Of a DNA stretch of 61,624 nucleotides, positions 1 to 12,677 are shown piece by piece (the first letter of the stretch is position 1; the number at the start of each line of letters is the position of its first letter). Source of the stretch: Octopus bimaculoides (taxonomy: Eukaryota); assembly GCF_001194135.2 (NCBI RefSeq), contig NC_068987.1, positions 62,993,085-63,054,708 of the forward strand. The letters are read 5' to 3'. The notes beneath the pieces are model-generated. The model was not told where the DNA came from, did no database searches, and worked only from the letters and a program-made list of their open reading frames with translations. The position numbers and the translations under genes were made by a program.

Positions 1-311
1 GGGAGTTTTTGATTTTCATACAACGGGAACTACGATAGTAAAAGATATAAAAAAAATTTTTTTCCAAGGTTCCTATTTCTTTTAAAATTTTGCGTCCCAT
101 CCCCGCTTAAGGGTGCTTAAGCGGGGGTGGGATGCAAATTGGGTTCCCATGAGATAAAAGTCTTAGAAACTTAATCCATAAATCCGTCAAAAGGCTCCTA
201 CTCTATATGATTGCTATTTGAGCGCCCTTTTGCCTGTTATTTTGCTGTATTTCTCCAATGCTTTTGACAGTTTGTTTTCCTTTTAAAGTTTATCCTATTT
301 TATCTTTCTAA

Positions 312-525
312 TTTTGGCACAAGGCTAGCGAGTTTAGTGGGTGTTGGGTTAGTCGATTACATAGACCCCAGTGCTCGATAGGTATTTATTTTAACGGCCC
401 CGAAAGGATGAAAGGCAAAATCGACCCTACGGAATTTGAACTCAGAATGTACACAACTAGAAGAAATCCTGTTGAAGCATTACTGTTCGACCCAGTAATG
501 ATTCTGCTAATTCGCTGTCTTTTCC
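312..525 (-). mobile_element. SINE family B (tRNA-derived) copy
   Basis: Plus strand ggcacaaggc...gaccccag...aaggatgaaaggcaaaatcgacc...gaatttgaactcagaa is the reverse complement of a GAGTTCAAATTCC B-box SINE. Confidence 0.85.
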
Positions 526-544
526 TTTTTAAATACACAATAGA

Positions 545-668
545 GACTTTTCGCGACCCCAGGTATTAAATGTTTGTGAAATAACATATAAACTGAAATT
601 CAAGTGTTTGAATTTAATTTTCGCGACCCCAGCATTTCATTTCGCGACCCATCGTTTAAGAAGCGCTG
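545..668 (+). mobile_element. Right end of a hAT (Charlie-like) non-autonomous element
   Basis: Three TTCGCGACCC subterminal repeats and terminus GTTTAAGAAGCGCTG (reverse complement CAGCGCTTCTTAAAC, Charlie-type TIR). Left end not seen. Confidence 0.6.
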
Positions 669-1854
669 CAATAGAAAATAGTTGAAATGATGATATACTA
701 TATCAGTAATGCATAGACTCTACCCTCTTAGGTGGGGTCATTCGATATGACGTTCGGTTTAACAACACCAGCCCAGAGCTCTCTTTAGCTGAAGAACCTT
801 TACGCAAGCACGCGGCAGCTAGAAACAACAGCCAAACCTCCCTCAAATCGTACTTCAATAAAATATATATTAGACAATGATATAAAAAAGACGTGATAGT
901 CGTGGCTGGAATACTTTTGATCATAGCTCTGCTCGAACAGGGCTAACTTGGAGTTAAACATTATCAGCTACACTAACGATCACTCAAATCGGGGATATGG
1001 ATCACTTCTCTGACAAAGCGGGAGGAAAAAATAACAATATGAAAGTTAATAAACTATTTCGGTTGTGAGTTTGAAATTGGGTCATTTCACATTACGCTTG
1101 AAGAATTGTGGATAAAATAAAGAAATGATATTAATAGTTTCTATTAACCGCGTGAAATACCTAACTTTCGATAAGTTATAAATGTTTTGTTTTTTTTTCG
1201 TTCAATAAAATTACGATAAACCTACCGTAGACTCTGATAGTTGCGAATAGATTGAATTCTCCGGTGTGCTTGAAATGACCGTTCTATAAACAGACACTTT
1301 TAGGAAAGAAAATTTCTCAACAAGTCTAAGCTTCTGTTTTCATAAAAATAACTAAACTGCTCAACGCCTCCTCACTCCTCACACTGCAACAACTAACTAC
1401 CTCCACAGTTGCATTATAATTGCCATATTATCTAACACTGCTACTATTGACAACGGATGCATGTGTAGTGCAATAGAACACATTATAGATTAATTGATTG
1501 ATCAATCGATCGATTCGCTGTTGCTAGAATGGGGATGTTATATAACCACGGGTCAACGCAGACAGGGCAAAGCTATTTATGACCAAAGAGATTGCTGTTG
1601 TGACCATCTTGTCTTTTTTTGTCAAGTGTAGGAAGCCCAGGACCACATTATCAAGCTTGTCCTTCACAAAGACAGTAGGGTATGAATCAAGAAAGATTGG
1701 CTGCTGTTTCTAGCTGGTAGGACGATGACCACGTAGAGGTTTCCTTGGTGCTCAATATTGGTTTAGAATATTCTGATAAATAGCAGAGTTCAAAAAACAA
1801 ACAAAACTCTCTCTCTCTGTCTCTCTCTCCCTCTCTATCTCTATCTCTTTATCT

Positions 1855-1916
1855 CGTTCCCGTTCATCGGACAGTTTTGTTAGATTTCTAACAAAACTGT
1901 CCGATGAACGGGAACG
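1855..1916. repeat. Perfect 29-bp inverted repeat, 4-nt loop
   Basis: 1855-1883 is the exact reverse complement of 1888-1916. Confidence 0.97.
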
Positions 1917-1965
1917 TGAAACTCAGAGTAACGGTTTTTTTGTTAGATTTCTGCTGCTTTTAAAT

Positions 1966-2187
1966 TATAGGAGAGTGGATTATATATCTTTAGATATACA
2001 CCTAACTTTCCTATATAAAATTATAGAATATAACGGAACGCTGAACTCCAGACTATCAACTTAAACAACATTTATTCAGGTGGTAAATATATACATCTTT
2101 AGCTCTTGTTGTTACAGCTTCTATGTGTGTGAGCATAGTTGTTGGGACGTTGTTATGTAGATGTGAGCGAGCTGTCGAGTGTAAGTC
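1966..2187 (-). repeat. Third copy of the same LTR (3' part; cut by N gap)
   Basis: Reverse complement matches the 3' ~220 nt of the LTR and also ends CCTATA; no PBS follows. Confidence 0.9.
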
Positions 2188-2896
2188 NNNNNNNNNNNNN
2201 NNNNNNNNNNNNNNNNNNNNNNNNNNNNNNNNNNNNNNNNNNNNNNNNNNNNNNNNNNNNNNNNNNNNNNNNNNNNNNNNNNNNNNNNNNNNNNNNNNNN
2301 NNNNNNNNNNNNNNNNNNNNNNNNNNNNNNNNNNNNNNNNNNNNNNNNNNNNNNNNNNNNNNNNNNNNNNNNNNNNNNNNNNNNNNNNNNNNNNNNNNNN
2401 NNNNNNNNNNNNNNNNNNNNNNNNNNNNNNNNNNNNNNNNNNNNNNNNNNNNNNNNNNNNNNNNNNNNNNNNNNNNNTTTTATTTAGTGTTTATTTCGTG
2501 TGTTTTCTACCGAAACACTTTAAAATTTCGTATACTTGTATATTTTGTCTTATAGAACAGAGAAAAAATTTTATATTCGAAGTTATTTCATGTTAAAAAG
2601 TTGTCGTATTTCAGTAATTTCAAATAATCACTGATGTCTATTGAGGTGAAAACAATTACTGCTGTGGATTGTCAACAACACGTTGTGACGGTGTAATGGG
2701 ATCGTTTCCCTTGAATAAAATTAGTGCCGTTGTTTGTCAACAACAACTATCGGCGGTGCTGTTATTTATGACATCGTTCGTGCATTTGTACTGGTTTTAG
2801 CTTTAGGGTTTTAGGGTTAGGGTTTTAGAGTTAGGGTTATGAGTATTTTTGCCAAATTTGGTGAAAAATTTGTGGCGGTTTATTGAACAGATCTAT

Positions 2897-3285
2897 TACA
2901 ACCACCATCACAACCACCACCATTACTGCCATCATTCCCACCACCACCATCATAAGTACTACCACTGTCGTTCCCACTAGTGCATTGCCACAGTAACAAC
3001 CACCATCATTGTTATCTTCACCACCACTATGATCATCACTACCATCATTGTCATCGCCACCAACAATGTCACCACCACCACCACCACCACCATCTCCACT
3101 CTCACCACTACTTGCACGTTAATATCATAACCACCAACACTACTACCTTCAAGCAACCTCTGCCACTACAGTAAAATACCTCACACCCGGTAGATTATCA
3201 ACACCCCTATCACTACCATATCACCACCGCCGCTGCCACCACCAACAACAACAACAACAACAAAAATAACACCACCACCATCATC
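2897..3285. repeat. (CAC/CAT/CAA)n low-complexity tract
   Basis: Degenerate trinucleotide repeats; source of the spurious His-rich ORF. Confidence 0.9.
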
Positions 3286-3899
3286 TCATGTTATGGCTTA
3301 CACTGTAGGTTATCAATTTGTCATTCCTTCGTTGCTGTGGTTAATTTTACTATTTCATCCGTTGCTGTGTAATCAGTTAACTTTGATTGCATAACTTCAG
3401 AGTCGATTGCAGAGGGAGGAGAGCTGGGCGCCAAGTTTTCAAGCTGCCCCATAAAAAGAAAAAGAAAAATGCTAATAGAATGACAGAAATGTAAGACAAT
3501 GCAAGCATGAAGGTTCATACCAAGTCGTGATTGAAATGAATGAAAGCCGACAAGAAGTTCAATTCCAGATGAAGAGCTTGATTTTGAGTATGTGTAAAGA
3601 GTGATGATAAATTGTCCTAAATAAATTGAAGTAAATTATAATAGAACCCGGAAGTGATGACAGTGACATACCAAAATTTCATTAAAAAAAACATAATGAT
3701 GTTTCCTTCAACATTCATTACTTGGACCAACTGTCAGCGCCCTATTTTTAAATCAAAACTGCCTTCCATACCTTGAGTTGAGGATTCTGGCAACTGATTT
3801 TCAACAGGTTCACAGTTTTCCAAATCTGGACATTCACTTTCTCACCTCCCATTATCTCAGTGTTTTAGTTATCTTGAGAGTAACAAAAAAATTAGAACT

Positions 3900-5216
3900 A
3901 TAGTATGTATTACAGGAAAGGTCTTTCCAATGTAACCATGTTGGAATCACCTATCAACAAGTGAACATCCTCAGGTGTTTGTCCTGTCTCTCATGCAATC
4001 ACATTTCAACCACTAGCAATACCTACTCGATCATGCTTGTCAGCAATTCACAACCAGGTCTACATTTAGAAGTTGTCAAGCTTTTGTTTCATATTTTCAA
4101 TTCGAAATGTAAAGCCAGCCTTATTCTCTGCATGGGGCTGCTAAGGGTACCAACAAACTGGACAACTGGCTGGGGATCACATGTTGGAGAGGCCACCACC
4201 TTTTGTGATCTTCGAAACAAAAGGAAAAAAAAAATGAAGATTATTAATAGACCTTTTATTCAAATAGTTAATAAATTGTTCTAAACACTTTATTCCTTCA
4301 TTTTCGTGTTTTATTCCTTGTGCAAATTTTAAAATAAGATACTTGTAAGGGTGCTGAAATTCAGCTTACCTGGTGCATTAGTAGCTTTCGGACTGGTTTG
4401 TCTCCACATTGCAAAACACGCTGTGTCTCTCACTTCTCTTATTGATACAGTCCCTCATAAACCATTCAATATTTGTGCTTGGTAGTGACTATTCCATAAC
4501 CACTTAATGTTCTTACTTGCAAGAATTCGCCTTCAATATTGCTTAAACTTGACAAAGTTTCCTTGTATCACAGCCTATTCTAGGTAACAGTTCTCCAAAT
4601 TAATATTTGTTAGTTTCTCATCCTCTGTCTCAGTGCTTCAATTGCCCAAAGGTTAACAGAAGAATGAAAACTATTCATTGTGCAATTTGTAAAAGTCCTT
4701 TTCATTGCATCTGTGTTAAAATCACTTACTGACAAGTCAAATTTCAAGCTCTTTGGATCAAGTCTTTGCTGCCACCTGTTGACCTTAAAACTTCACACGT
4801 TCATCCAAAATCCATCAACTGAATCAAGAATCACAAAAGACTAGCTAATATCAAGTTACAAAAATTCAGTATACCATGTGCAGTTTGTCTACATTCTTCT
4901 AACAATATGTTTGTTCATCACATATTGATCACGTCAACTTTTGTGATCGAAACACTCTTCATCACCCTATAAGATTAATATTCTCAGTGCATCTTCATCA
5001 CCTATTCACTTTGTAACAGTTGCAGAGCATGAACTCAAACAGACTATTCTTTCCCCACGCCATTGGATCAAGATCTGTGACTGATATCACATCAAGAGTT
5101 TCATTTCCTTACAGATTTGTGAGGTGGGGATTGGTTTGATTCAGACAAATTTTCTTCTGCAGAGTTTGCTACCAAAACATATTCATGAGTTTACGTACAA
5201 CATTGAATATTTTACC
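3900..5216 (-). pseudogene. Highly degenerate Mutator-like (MULE) transposase remnant
   Basis: Frameshifted pieces IGDEDA..GDEECF / SITKVDVINM / WRQTSPK resemble the LGDGDS..I.K.ECVGHVQKRM..W...PK motifs of invertebrate Mutator-like transposases; many stops. Boundaries approximate. Confidence 0.45.
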
Positions 5217-5299
5217 TTAAAAAAAATGCAATGTAAAACTGATCACTATCGGTAATATTTATGGCAAACTGTTAACAAAAACAACCCTCCTCCGTCCAT

Positions 5300-6062
5300 T
5301 CAATTCATCTCTAACTATAAACTTCCTTCTAATACAATTTGGCGTGAGTACACCTCCTAGGATATGAAGTGGCAGCATATGCAATGCGCTTATTCCTCAG
5401 AAAATGTAGAACCCACTCCCCAACAGATAATTCCACTTTCATTTCTTCCTAACCCTCTGAGCTGAAGTGTCATCAATATGCAACCTGGACATCTCATGCC
5501 AAATTTGTGCCATCGCCTTAATCAGCGACCTCAAAAACATTCTCTAATGGAGCTGTAACAATTTTGTTTACATCAACAGCACAAAAAATATGATCACAAC
5601 TCATATCAAGAAAACAGTTCACACCTAAAAAAGGTGTGAACACGTAACTAGAAACCTTAAAGTCACTTCAAGTGGTGGATCTCACGATCAATGACTATCT
5701 CTCCTGGCGTTCACATGTCCTCAATATAACAAAATAAATTTTTCCACAACCCACTTGAGACTTAGAAAATAATTTATCCTCAACGACTACTAATCTACGA
5801 CAAAACTCTGATGCGATTTGCAATGGAACACTGCTCTCATAACTAGCAGAGTGTTAGTGATAGATACTACTAGATGCTCTGGGCTGCCTCCAAAGTATGG
5901 CAACTCGACCGATTGACAAGAAGTCACTCACAAAACCCCTTCAGCCACTAATTCATAGACGTGTTGTCTCCTCTCTCGACTTTTGCTATCACTACTACAG
6001 TGGCATCTGCTCTCAGAGCTGGTCGGTGTTAACCCTTCTCAATACCCAGATATTCTTGAATC
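5300..6062 (+). mobile_element. Degenerate CR1/L2-group LINE RT C-terminal remnant (continues ~8116-8200 after the LTR insertion)
   Basis: Fragmentary translations LISDLKNIL*WSCNNFVYINSTK, LTINDYLSWRSHVLNITK and LQPLIHRRVVSSL..YHYYSGICS resemble CR1-type ORF2 ends. Confidence 0.8.
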
Positions 6063-6418
6063 TGTAGTAACGCTGTGCGCATGCGTAGTCTCACACATGC
6101 GTGGAATTCAACAAGCAAGCGTTCCCGCTTCTATTCTGTCTCTTTCTTGCTGGCCAGCGATTGAGCATGGACGTGTTTAGCTGTCTCTCCCCATCTTTCG
6201 AAGTTACGCTCGACAGCTCGCTTACATCTACATACCAACGTCCCAACAACAATGCTCACACACACAGAAGCTGTAACAAGAGCTAAAGATGTATATATTA
6301 ACCACCTTAAATACATGTTGTTTATGTTGATAGTCTGGAGTTCAGCGTTCCGTTATATTTCTTAATTTTATATAGGAAAGTGGTGTACATCTAATGATGT
6401 ATAACCCACTTTCCTATA
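6063..6418 (+). repeat. 5' LTR
   Basis: TGTAGTAACG...TTCCTATA, followed by aag and the PBS. Confidence 0.88.
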
Positions 6419-6421
6419 AAG

Positions 6422-6454
6422 TGGTGACCCCCGACGTGATTCGAACATGCAGCC
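6422..6454 (+). promoter_or_regulatory. Primer-binding site complementary to the tRNA-Trp 3' end (extended)
   Basis: TGGTGACCCCCGACGTGATTCGAACATGCAGCC versus the reverse complement of the metazoan tRNA-Trp 3' end TGGTGACCCCGACGTGATTCGAACACGCAGCC (reference recalled from memory). Confidence 0.85.
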
Positions 6455-7752
6455 CGCTGAGCTACAATAACCCACTTTCCTATAAAGTGGTGACCCCGAC
6501 GAAGAAAAAACGCAGCATGGATTCTGGACTACCAACCTATAACTGGTGAACCCGACTAAAGAACAAATGCGGCCATGGAGACTGAACTACCAAGCAACGA
6601 TGACCACCAACATCTCCAACCATAGTCAACACAACTAGTGATAAGTTCTGCCAAACATACGCCTCACTTNNNNNNNNNNTGTCGCATTCACACTCTCACA
6701 TACACATACATCGTTTATGCCACACTAAATATCTCTTGTTATTCATTTCATACGGTTGTCTTTTCTATCGTCTCTTCATTACTGGTATTTACGAATTCAC
6801 TAATGTTATCGAAGTATAACATTATTTGTATATCATCATTGATATATATTTTGTGTTCGACCGTGTGACACGTTTAAATAAAAGGAGTCCTCTGTTTTTC
6901 CATTCGTCACCATTTCTCCTTTTTGAGTTCACACGGTCGTTCTTTCATCTTGGGTTAAGAAAATTTTCTTTGAGGTTTTCGCTAATGGTCGTACAGAGAT
7001 TTGTCTGTCGACCGTCTGTAAAAGGGCACCTCTTCAAACACCATCACCAAGCAGCCTTTTCGCCACCAGCTTCATTCAACCAAGATTACCACCGCGACGA
7101 CGACAACTACTACTACCAACTACAAGCATTCCCCAGACGTCGCCAAGTTTCAACAGGACATCATTACCACCACACATACAGAACACAGCTATATTACAGT
7201 TCCTGCACCGACGTCTTCACCATCAATGTACTGTCTACCACAATGTCGTGCGCCAACAACCCCACCACCAGGGACACACCAATATCAACTCTGTTAGAGT
7301 GGATGTTTCCACTCACGATCAACAGACCAAATTTCCTTGTGTAACTTTTATAGAATATTCCGTACCAGGTAACCGGTCACAACTAGCATTCCGACGCTCA
7401 ACTATAGCTCTGCTCACCGGACCACGACTTCCTGAGTACAGACATTCTATCTCCTTGTGGAATTTTAATACGAACNNNNNNNNNNNNNNNNNNNNNNNNN
7501 NNNNNNNNNNNNNNNNNNNNNNNNNNNNNNNNNNNNNNNNNNNNNNNNNNNNNNNNNNNNNNNNNNNNNNNNNNNNNNNNNNNNNNNNNNNNNNNNNNNN
7601 NNNNNNNNNNNNNNNNNNNNNNNNNNNNNNNNNNNNNNNNNNNNNNNNNNNNNNNNNNNNNNNNNNNNNNNNNNNNNNNNNNNNNNNNNNNNNNNNNNNN
7701 NNNNNNNNNNNNNNNNNNNNTATCGTGCGTTTCCGCACTGGCAAGGGAGCCC

Positions 7753-8115
7753 TGTAGTAACGCTGTGCGCATGCGTAGTCTCACACATGCGTGGAATTCA
7801 ACAAGCAAGCGTTCCCGCTTCTATTCTGTCTCTTTCTTGCTGGCCAGCGATTGAGCATGGACGTGTTTAGCTGTCTCTCTCCATCTTTCGGAATTACGCT
7901 CGACAGCTCGCTTACATCAACATACCAACGTCCCAACAACCATGCTCACACACACAGAAGCTGTAACAACAAACAAGAGCTAAAGATGTATATATTTACC
8001 ACCTGAATAAATGTTGTTTAAGTTGATAGTCTGGAGTTCAGCGTTCCGTTATATTCAGTAATTTTATATAGGAAAGTCAGGATACATCTAATGATGTATA
8101 ACCCACTTTCCTATA
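7753..8115 (+). repeat. 3' LTR
   Basis: TGTAGTAACG...TTCCTATA; first 127 nt identical to the 5' LTR; contains AATAAA. Confidence 0.88.
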
Positions 8116-8801
8116 AATCATTCCTTTCTCCTTCACTCTTCAAACATTTTGTATTTTCTCTCTAGACCTGCATCAACCACTATCCCCAGTCCATCTTCTC
8201 TATGACATCGAGATTCTCCCTCTATTCATGTTTTCAACCTGCAGCTGTTCAGGAACAACTTTAACTCCATCAAACTCATTGGACTTATAAGAGCTGCGAA
8301 GGCCGTAAGGACAGCCCAGACTAACTCAATAAAATTAAACAGATGTGGCTGTTAATTATGAAGAATAATTTTTAACAACTTCAATGCCTATTTCCAAGGG
8401 GACCGATAAGGAGGGGCTAAAAATTTAATGATATAATTAAAGGAAGAAGGACCGCCCATGACATTGTGGCACGGGAGTACTCCAAGACTGGTGGGAGAAA
8501 GTTATATTCTCACCAACCTCGGAGGTTCTGAAAATAATTGAGAGCTGGCCTGAATATTTGCAAAAGAGAGGACTCAGCTACAGGCATCCAAGGATAATTG
8601 CTCTCTGATTAACTTATTATCTTGCATAGTTTCTAGAGACAGAGTATTTATACATTCCATTCTCTGTTAAGATATTTATAATTTGAATACTATCAGATAG
8701 AAGTTTCCTTGTTGCACTCAAATGAGGCCATGTGCATTTGATGTCACAACTGCACTAACCAAGTCTATATACAGATATATATATATGTGTGTATTTGTAT
8801 G

Positions 8802-8847
<46 letters not shown>

Positions 8848-9519
8848 TATATGCATGTATATATATATTATATATATGTATACATTATATATATTCATGT
8901 ATGTATATATACATTATATGTATGCATGTGTGTGTGTATGTATATATATATAAATATAAATGTATACATAATAGACTGACATCTTACTGCCGTTTTGCTA
9001 TTCACTGGGACTCTAGTCACAGCAGCTATAACATGTAAACAAAATTAAGTTTATATATATATTCTAGTAGAAGCTGGTACATTGGTTCTTAGTGGAGGTT
9101 TGTGGTTATATGATACGGAGAGGAAAAGGCGGTGTATTTATTCTGTCTCTGACCATCTTGCAATTGGATATTTTCTAGGTCAGACATACACAAATAGTCA
9201 GATTCTTATTATCTTCTCTCTTTAATGTAAACAGACACAGACAAGCATGCATACACACACACACACACACACATTAACCACATTACTACATCACTACTGT
9301 CATAGATAGGTAAATACACACACCCATCTAGATATCTCTTTGTAGGGGGTGTATATGTCTTTATGTATATATTTACATTACGTGTGTGTGTGTGTACATG
9401 TATCTTTGTTTCTGTTCTTTTGTCCCCACACCACTTGAAACTGGTGTTGGTTTGTTTATGCAACTTAGCAGTTCAGCAAAAAAATCTAAATGCAATAAAT
9501 TGTTCCCTAATGAGCGATT

Positions 9520-10420
9520 GTGGTTAAGCAACCAATTGTACTTGGAATGTCCAATGGAGAATTCCAAACAACCACAATGATGAAAGGTACGTAGGGACAA
9601 ATGAAGTTGGTAGGAGTGGACACCAGATCCGGACTGTATGATGGATGGAGGACCACTGATTATCCCAGTTTGCCGATTGCCTAATTTATTGCCACAGATG
9701 TCATAATGAATATGAATGGTTTTAAAATTCTTGCTTGGTCTCTTCTTCCTAATCTCTTCTCTAAGCTTTTTATGTACTGCTCATTGTTCACGGTAGAACC
9801 AATGCCACGTTATAGAAAATCATGAAAAATGACACCCTTGTCATTCTCCAAAATACTCACCATAACTTTCTGAGCAGAATTTCTTAGGCTTTGAGAAGAG
9901 GTGTGATACCATTCCATGAACTGGCACTTCATTTCTGGTTCATAAAGATACGCCCACTTTTTTTATACCCAGTTACCAAATAAGAAAAAACCTGTCATCT
10001 GCATTGGCCTCAAATGATTGCAATGATCAGAGCAGACATACACCTTTCTCTCTTCAAATTGAATATCATCTGCCGAGGTATCCACTCCACATACAATTTC
10101 CAGTGGTTTTCCACCATCTTCTGTAGTGCACTGTGACCACAGTCCAGTTATGCAGCAATCTCATTGGGTTTTGACTCACCTGTCCATGCAAATAATTCTG
10201 TCCACTCACTGGATATTCGTATCAGTGGTTACAGTTGATATAGTTTCCTCAATGCATAGTTTATTTTCATAGGTGGTTTCCCTTGCTATAAATTTTTTCA
10301 TTCATCTGCGCTCATTGCATTTGTCAATGACGTCACCACCATAGGAAACCCTACACTCCTCCTTCATCAAGAACTCAATAAGGGCAAATTGATTCCACTT
10401 GAAAGACATTTTTTCACCTG
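9520..10420 (-). mobile_element. Degenerate mariner transposase
   Basis: YSPDL motif (plus strand cagatccggactgta, 9624-9638), N-terminal ALIEFLMKE, and intervening mariner-like fragments; multiple stops and frameshifts. Confidence 0.75.
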
Positions 10421-10496
10421 CATTGATGAAGTAAAGGAAGAAAAGTTACAATAGAGAAATAATTACTCTATTAACATGTACAATTTGAACTATCCT

Positions 10497-10810
10497 TTTA
10501 TTCTTTTACTTGTTTCAGTCATTTGACTGCAACCGTGCTTTTGCCGAAATGCTAAGTTATGGGGACGTAAGTACTCCAACATTGGTTGTCAAGCGACGGT
10601 GGGGGGACAAACACAGACAGAAACACAAATATACACACACACACATTATATATATATATATNNNNNNNNNNTTCTGTCTACCAAATCCACTCACAAGGCT
10701 TTGGTCTGCCTGAGGCTATAGTAGAAGACACTTCCCCAAGGTGCCATGCAGTGGGACTGAAGCCAGAACCATGTGGTTGGGAAGCAAGCTTCTTACCACA
10801 CAGCCACACC
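10497..10810 (-). mobile_element. SINE family A copy
   Basis: Reverse-complement match to family A, with a 10-N gap. Confidence 0.85.
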
Positions 10811-12677
10811 TTTAAAAAAAATAAGTTACGCCCACATTTATATTGCTTTTGTCACAGCCCGCATTTGATTAAGAATTGCTAAGTTTTAAATTTTCTGGAA
10901 ATAAATTCTCATTCTAAACCTAGCCTAACTGGGTTATCTGATTAATTTGTAAGATAAGTGGAAGTGCCTCAGATCTCTTCACTTTATAGTTTCCTCAGGT
11001 AGCTATGGCACCAGTTACTGGAAATGGATTTCGATAAGCAGCTGGTATTTTTTTCTGATGAGCATTACATGATACACACACACATGCTGATAATATACAT
11101 ACATATGTACATACATACATGTACATATGTACATACATACATGCACACACACACACTGATCTGCAATAACCTTCACCAAGTGGTTCCTCATTAGATAACA
11201 TCCATTGTAAGCATGTATGGAATTTTTACATCTGACAATACACTACTCTTCTGCATTAGTGATTTGTATTTTCAAGGTTTCTTGTGCCAGATATCCATAT
11301 CTTTTCAAAGACTGCTAACCTGCAATGAATATTGCCAAATATATCTTCAACATCTCCTTTCTCTCTTTCATTCAACAGTCACCATTTGAGCTAACAGCTG
11401 AATCTCTTTACAGTCACTCAAACCTACCTATAGCAGCCATATCCCTCCCAAATCATGCACTATTGTCTTTAAAAAATGATGAACACCTAAGAACAATGCA
11501 TTATGGACAAAGTAAGTGGGACACTTTGGATCTCCTCATCTAGGTTAACTTCAGGCTAAGCAATATGAACCAATCTTTAAAGAGTGAAGTGAATCATCAT
11601 CTTCCATGTTTTGTTCTTTTTCTCTCACACACACAATCTACGACTGTCATTTCTTCACCACCCTATAAACATTCCTTCTTCCTCACATTTTCATCAGTGT
11701 TTGAATATGTGGCTTTTAAATTTCTTCTCTCACAGAACTTTAAAAATATTTTTTATGCCAGTGTTGTGTTGTAATTCATTTTTCTTCAACTTTTCTATTT
11801 TTCTCTCACTTCTTTCTCTTCATGAACTCACAACTTTTCCCTCTTTTTCGCTTCTCTTGCTCATTTTCTTCTTTTCCCCCCTTCCATTTATAAGCTTTAC
11901 AACCTTCCATGTGCCTCGCTAAGTGTCTTTCCCCACAGAACCAAAAAAACAAATTATTTTTGTATCATTGTTGTATTGTAATTATTCTTTCTCCAATTTT
12001 TATTTCCCGTCTCTCACTTCACTTCTTTCCCTGACTTATCTACCTTCCGCTTTCATTCCTTTGTTTATGCCTTCCTTCCATACAACTGCATCTCGCACTC
12101 ATACTCTTCTATTACACCGTCAAGCTTCTTTTTACTTCAAACTTGACCCTACTTCTCTCTTCTATGCTTTTCTCAAGAACACCAACACTTCATATACTAA
12201 CCCATACCACTACACTTCTGCACTTGCATACCCTGCCAAAAATCACATGCTACTTACCTCCTTAGGCCCATCTCAAAACACAGATAAATTCCAACACTTG
12301 CAAACACATACATCCAGCATTAATTTCCCTGCCACAGAATTGCTTTAACATCTGGCTCTCAACCCTTCATCTGTTTTAATTTTCCTCATTTATTTCTCAA
12401 CCACTTTTTCTTTTTCTGACTCTCAATCTTTTCTTTTGATGTAGGACTAATGTCCAAAACATTAATGTTCCTTCTTTTCGTTTTTTAAGCCTTAAATTAA
12501 TACAATAATTGTTAACACTTGTTCCTCATGTATTGTTAGTTTTCTTTTTTTTTTTTCAGTTTTTGTTAATTTCATTTCCAATATAACTATAATGCTTACT
12601 TTACATATATAATTAAAATAATATTTCCAATATAATTATAATGCCTACAATATTATATGTATGTATATATAAACACA

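Larger units (their letters stand above)
6063..8115 (+). mobile_element. Non-autonomous/deleted Gypsy-type LTR retroelement with 4-bp TSD
   Basis: Two direct ~360-bp LTRs, TSD AATC (6059-6062 and 8116-8119), tRNA-Trp PBS after the 5' LTR, purine tract ggcaagggag at 7740-7749 before the 3' LTR. Short degenerate internal region with N gaps. Confidence 0.88.

Noticed and set aside
2803-2838. TTAGGG-like repeats
   Set aside because: Only about 5 degenerate units inside what looks like an interspersed repeat; not a telomere or fusion site.
4371-5216. Intact host-gene exon, or piggyBac/hAT transposase
   Set aside because: All three minus frames contain stops; the motifs fit a Mutator-like transposase better than piggyBac or hAT.
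11200-11560. Possible RTE endonuclease remnant on the minus strand
   Set aside because: Motif resemblance too weak to call by eye.
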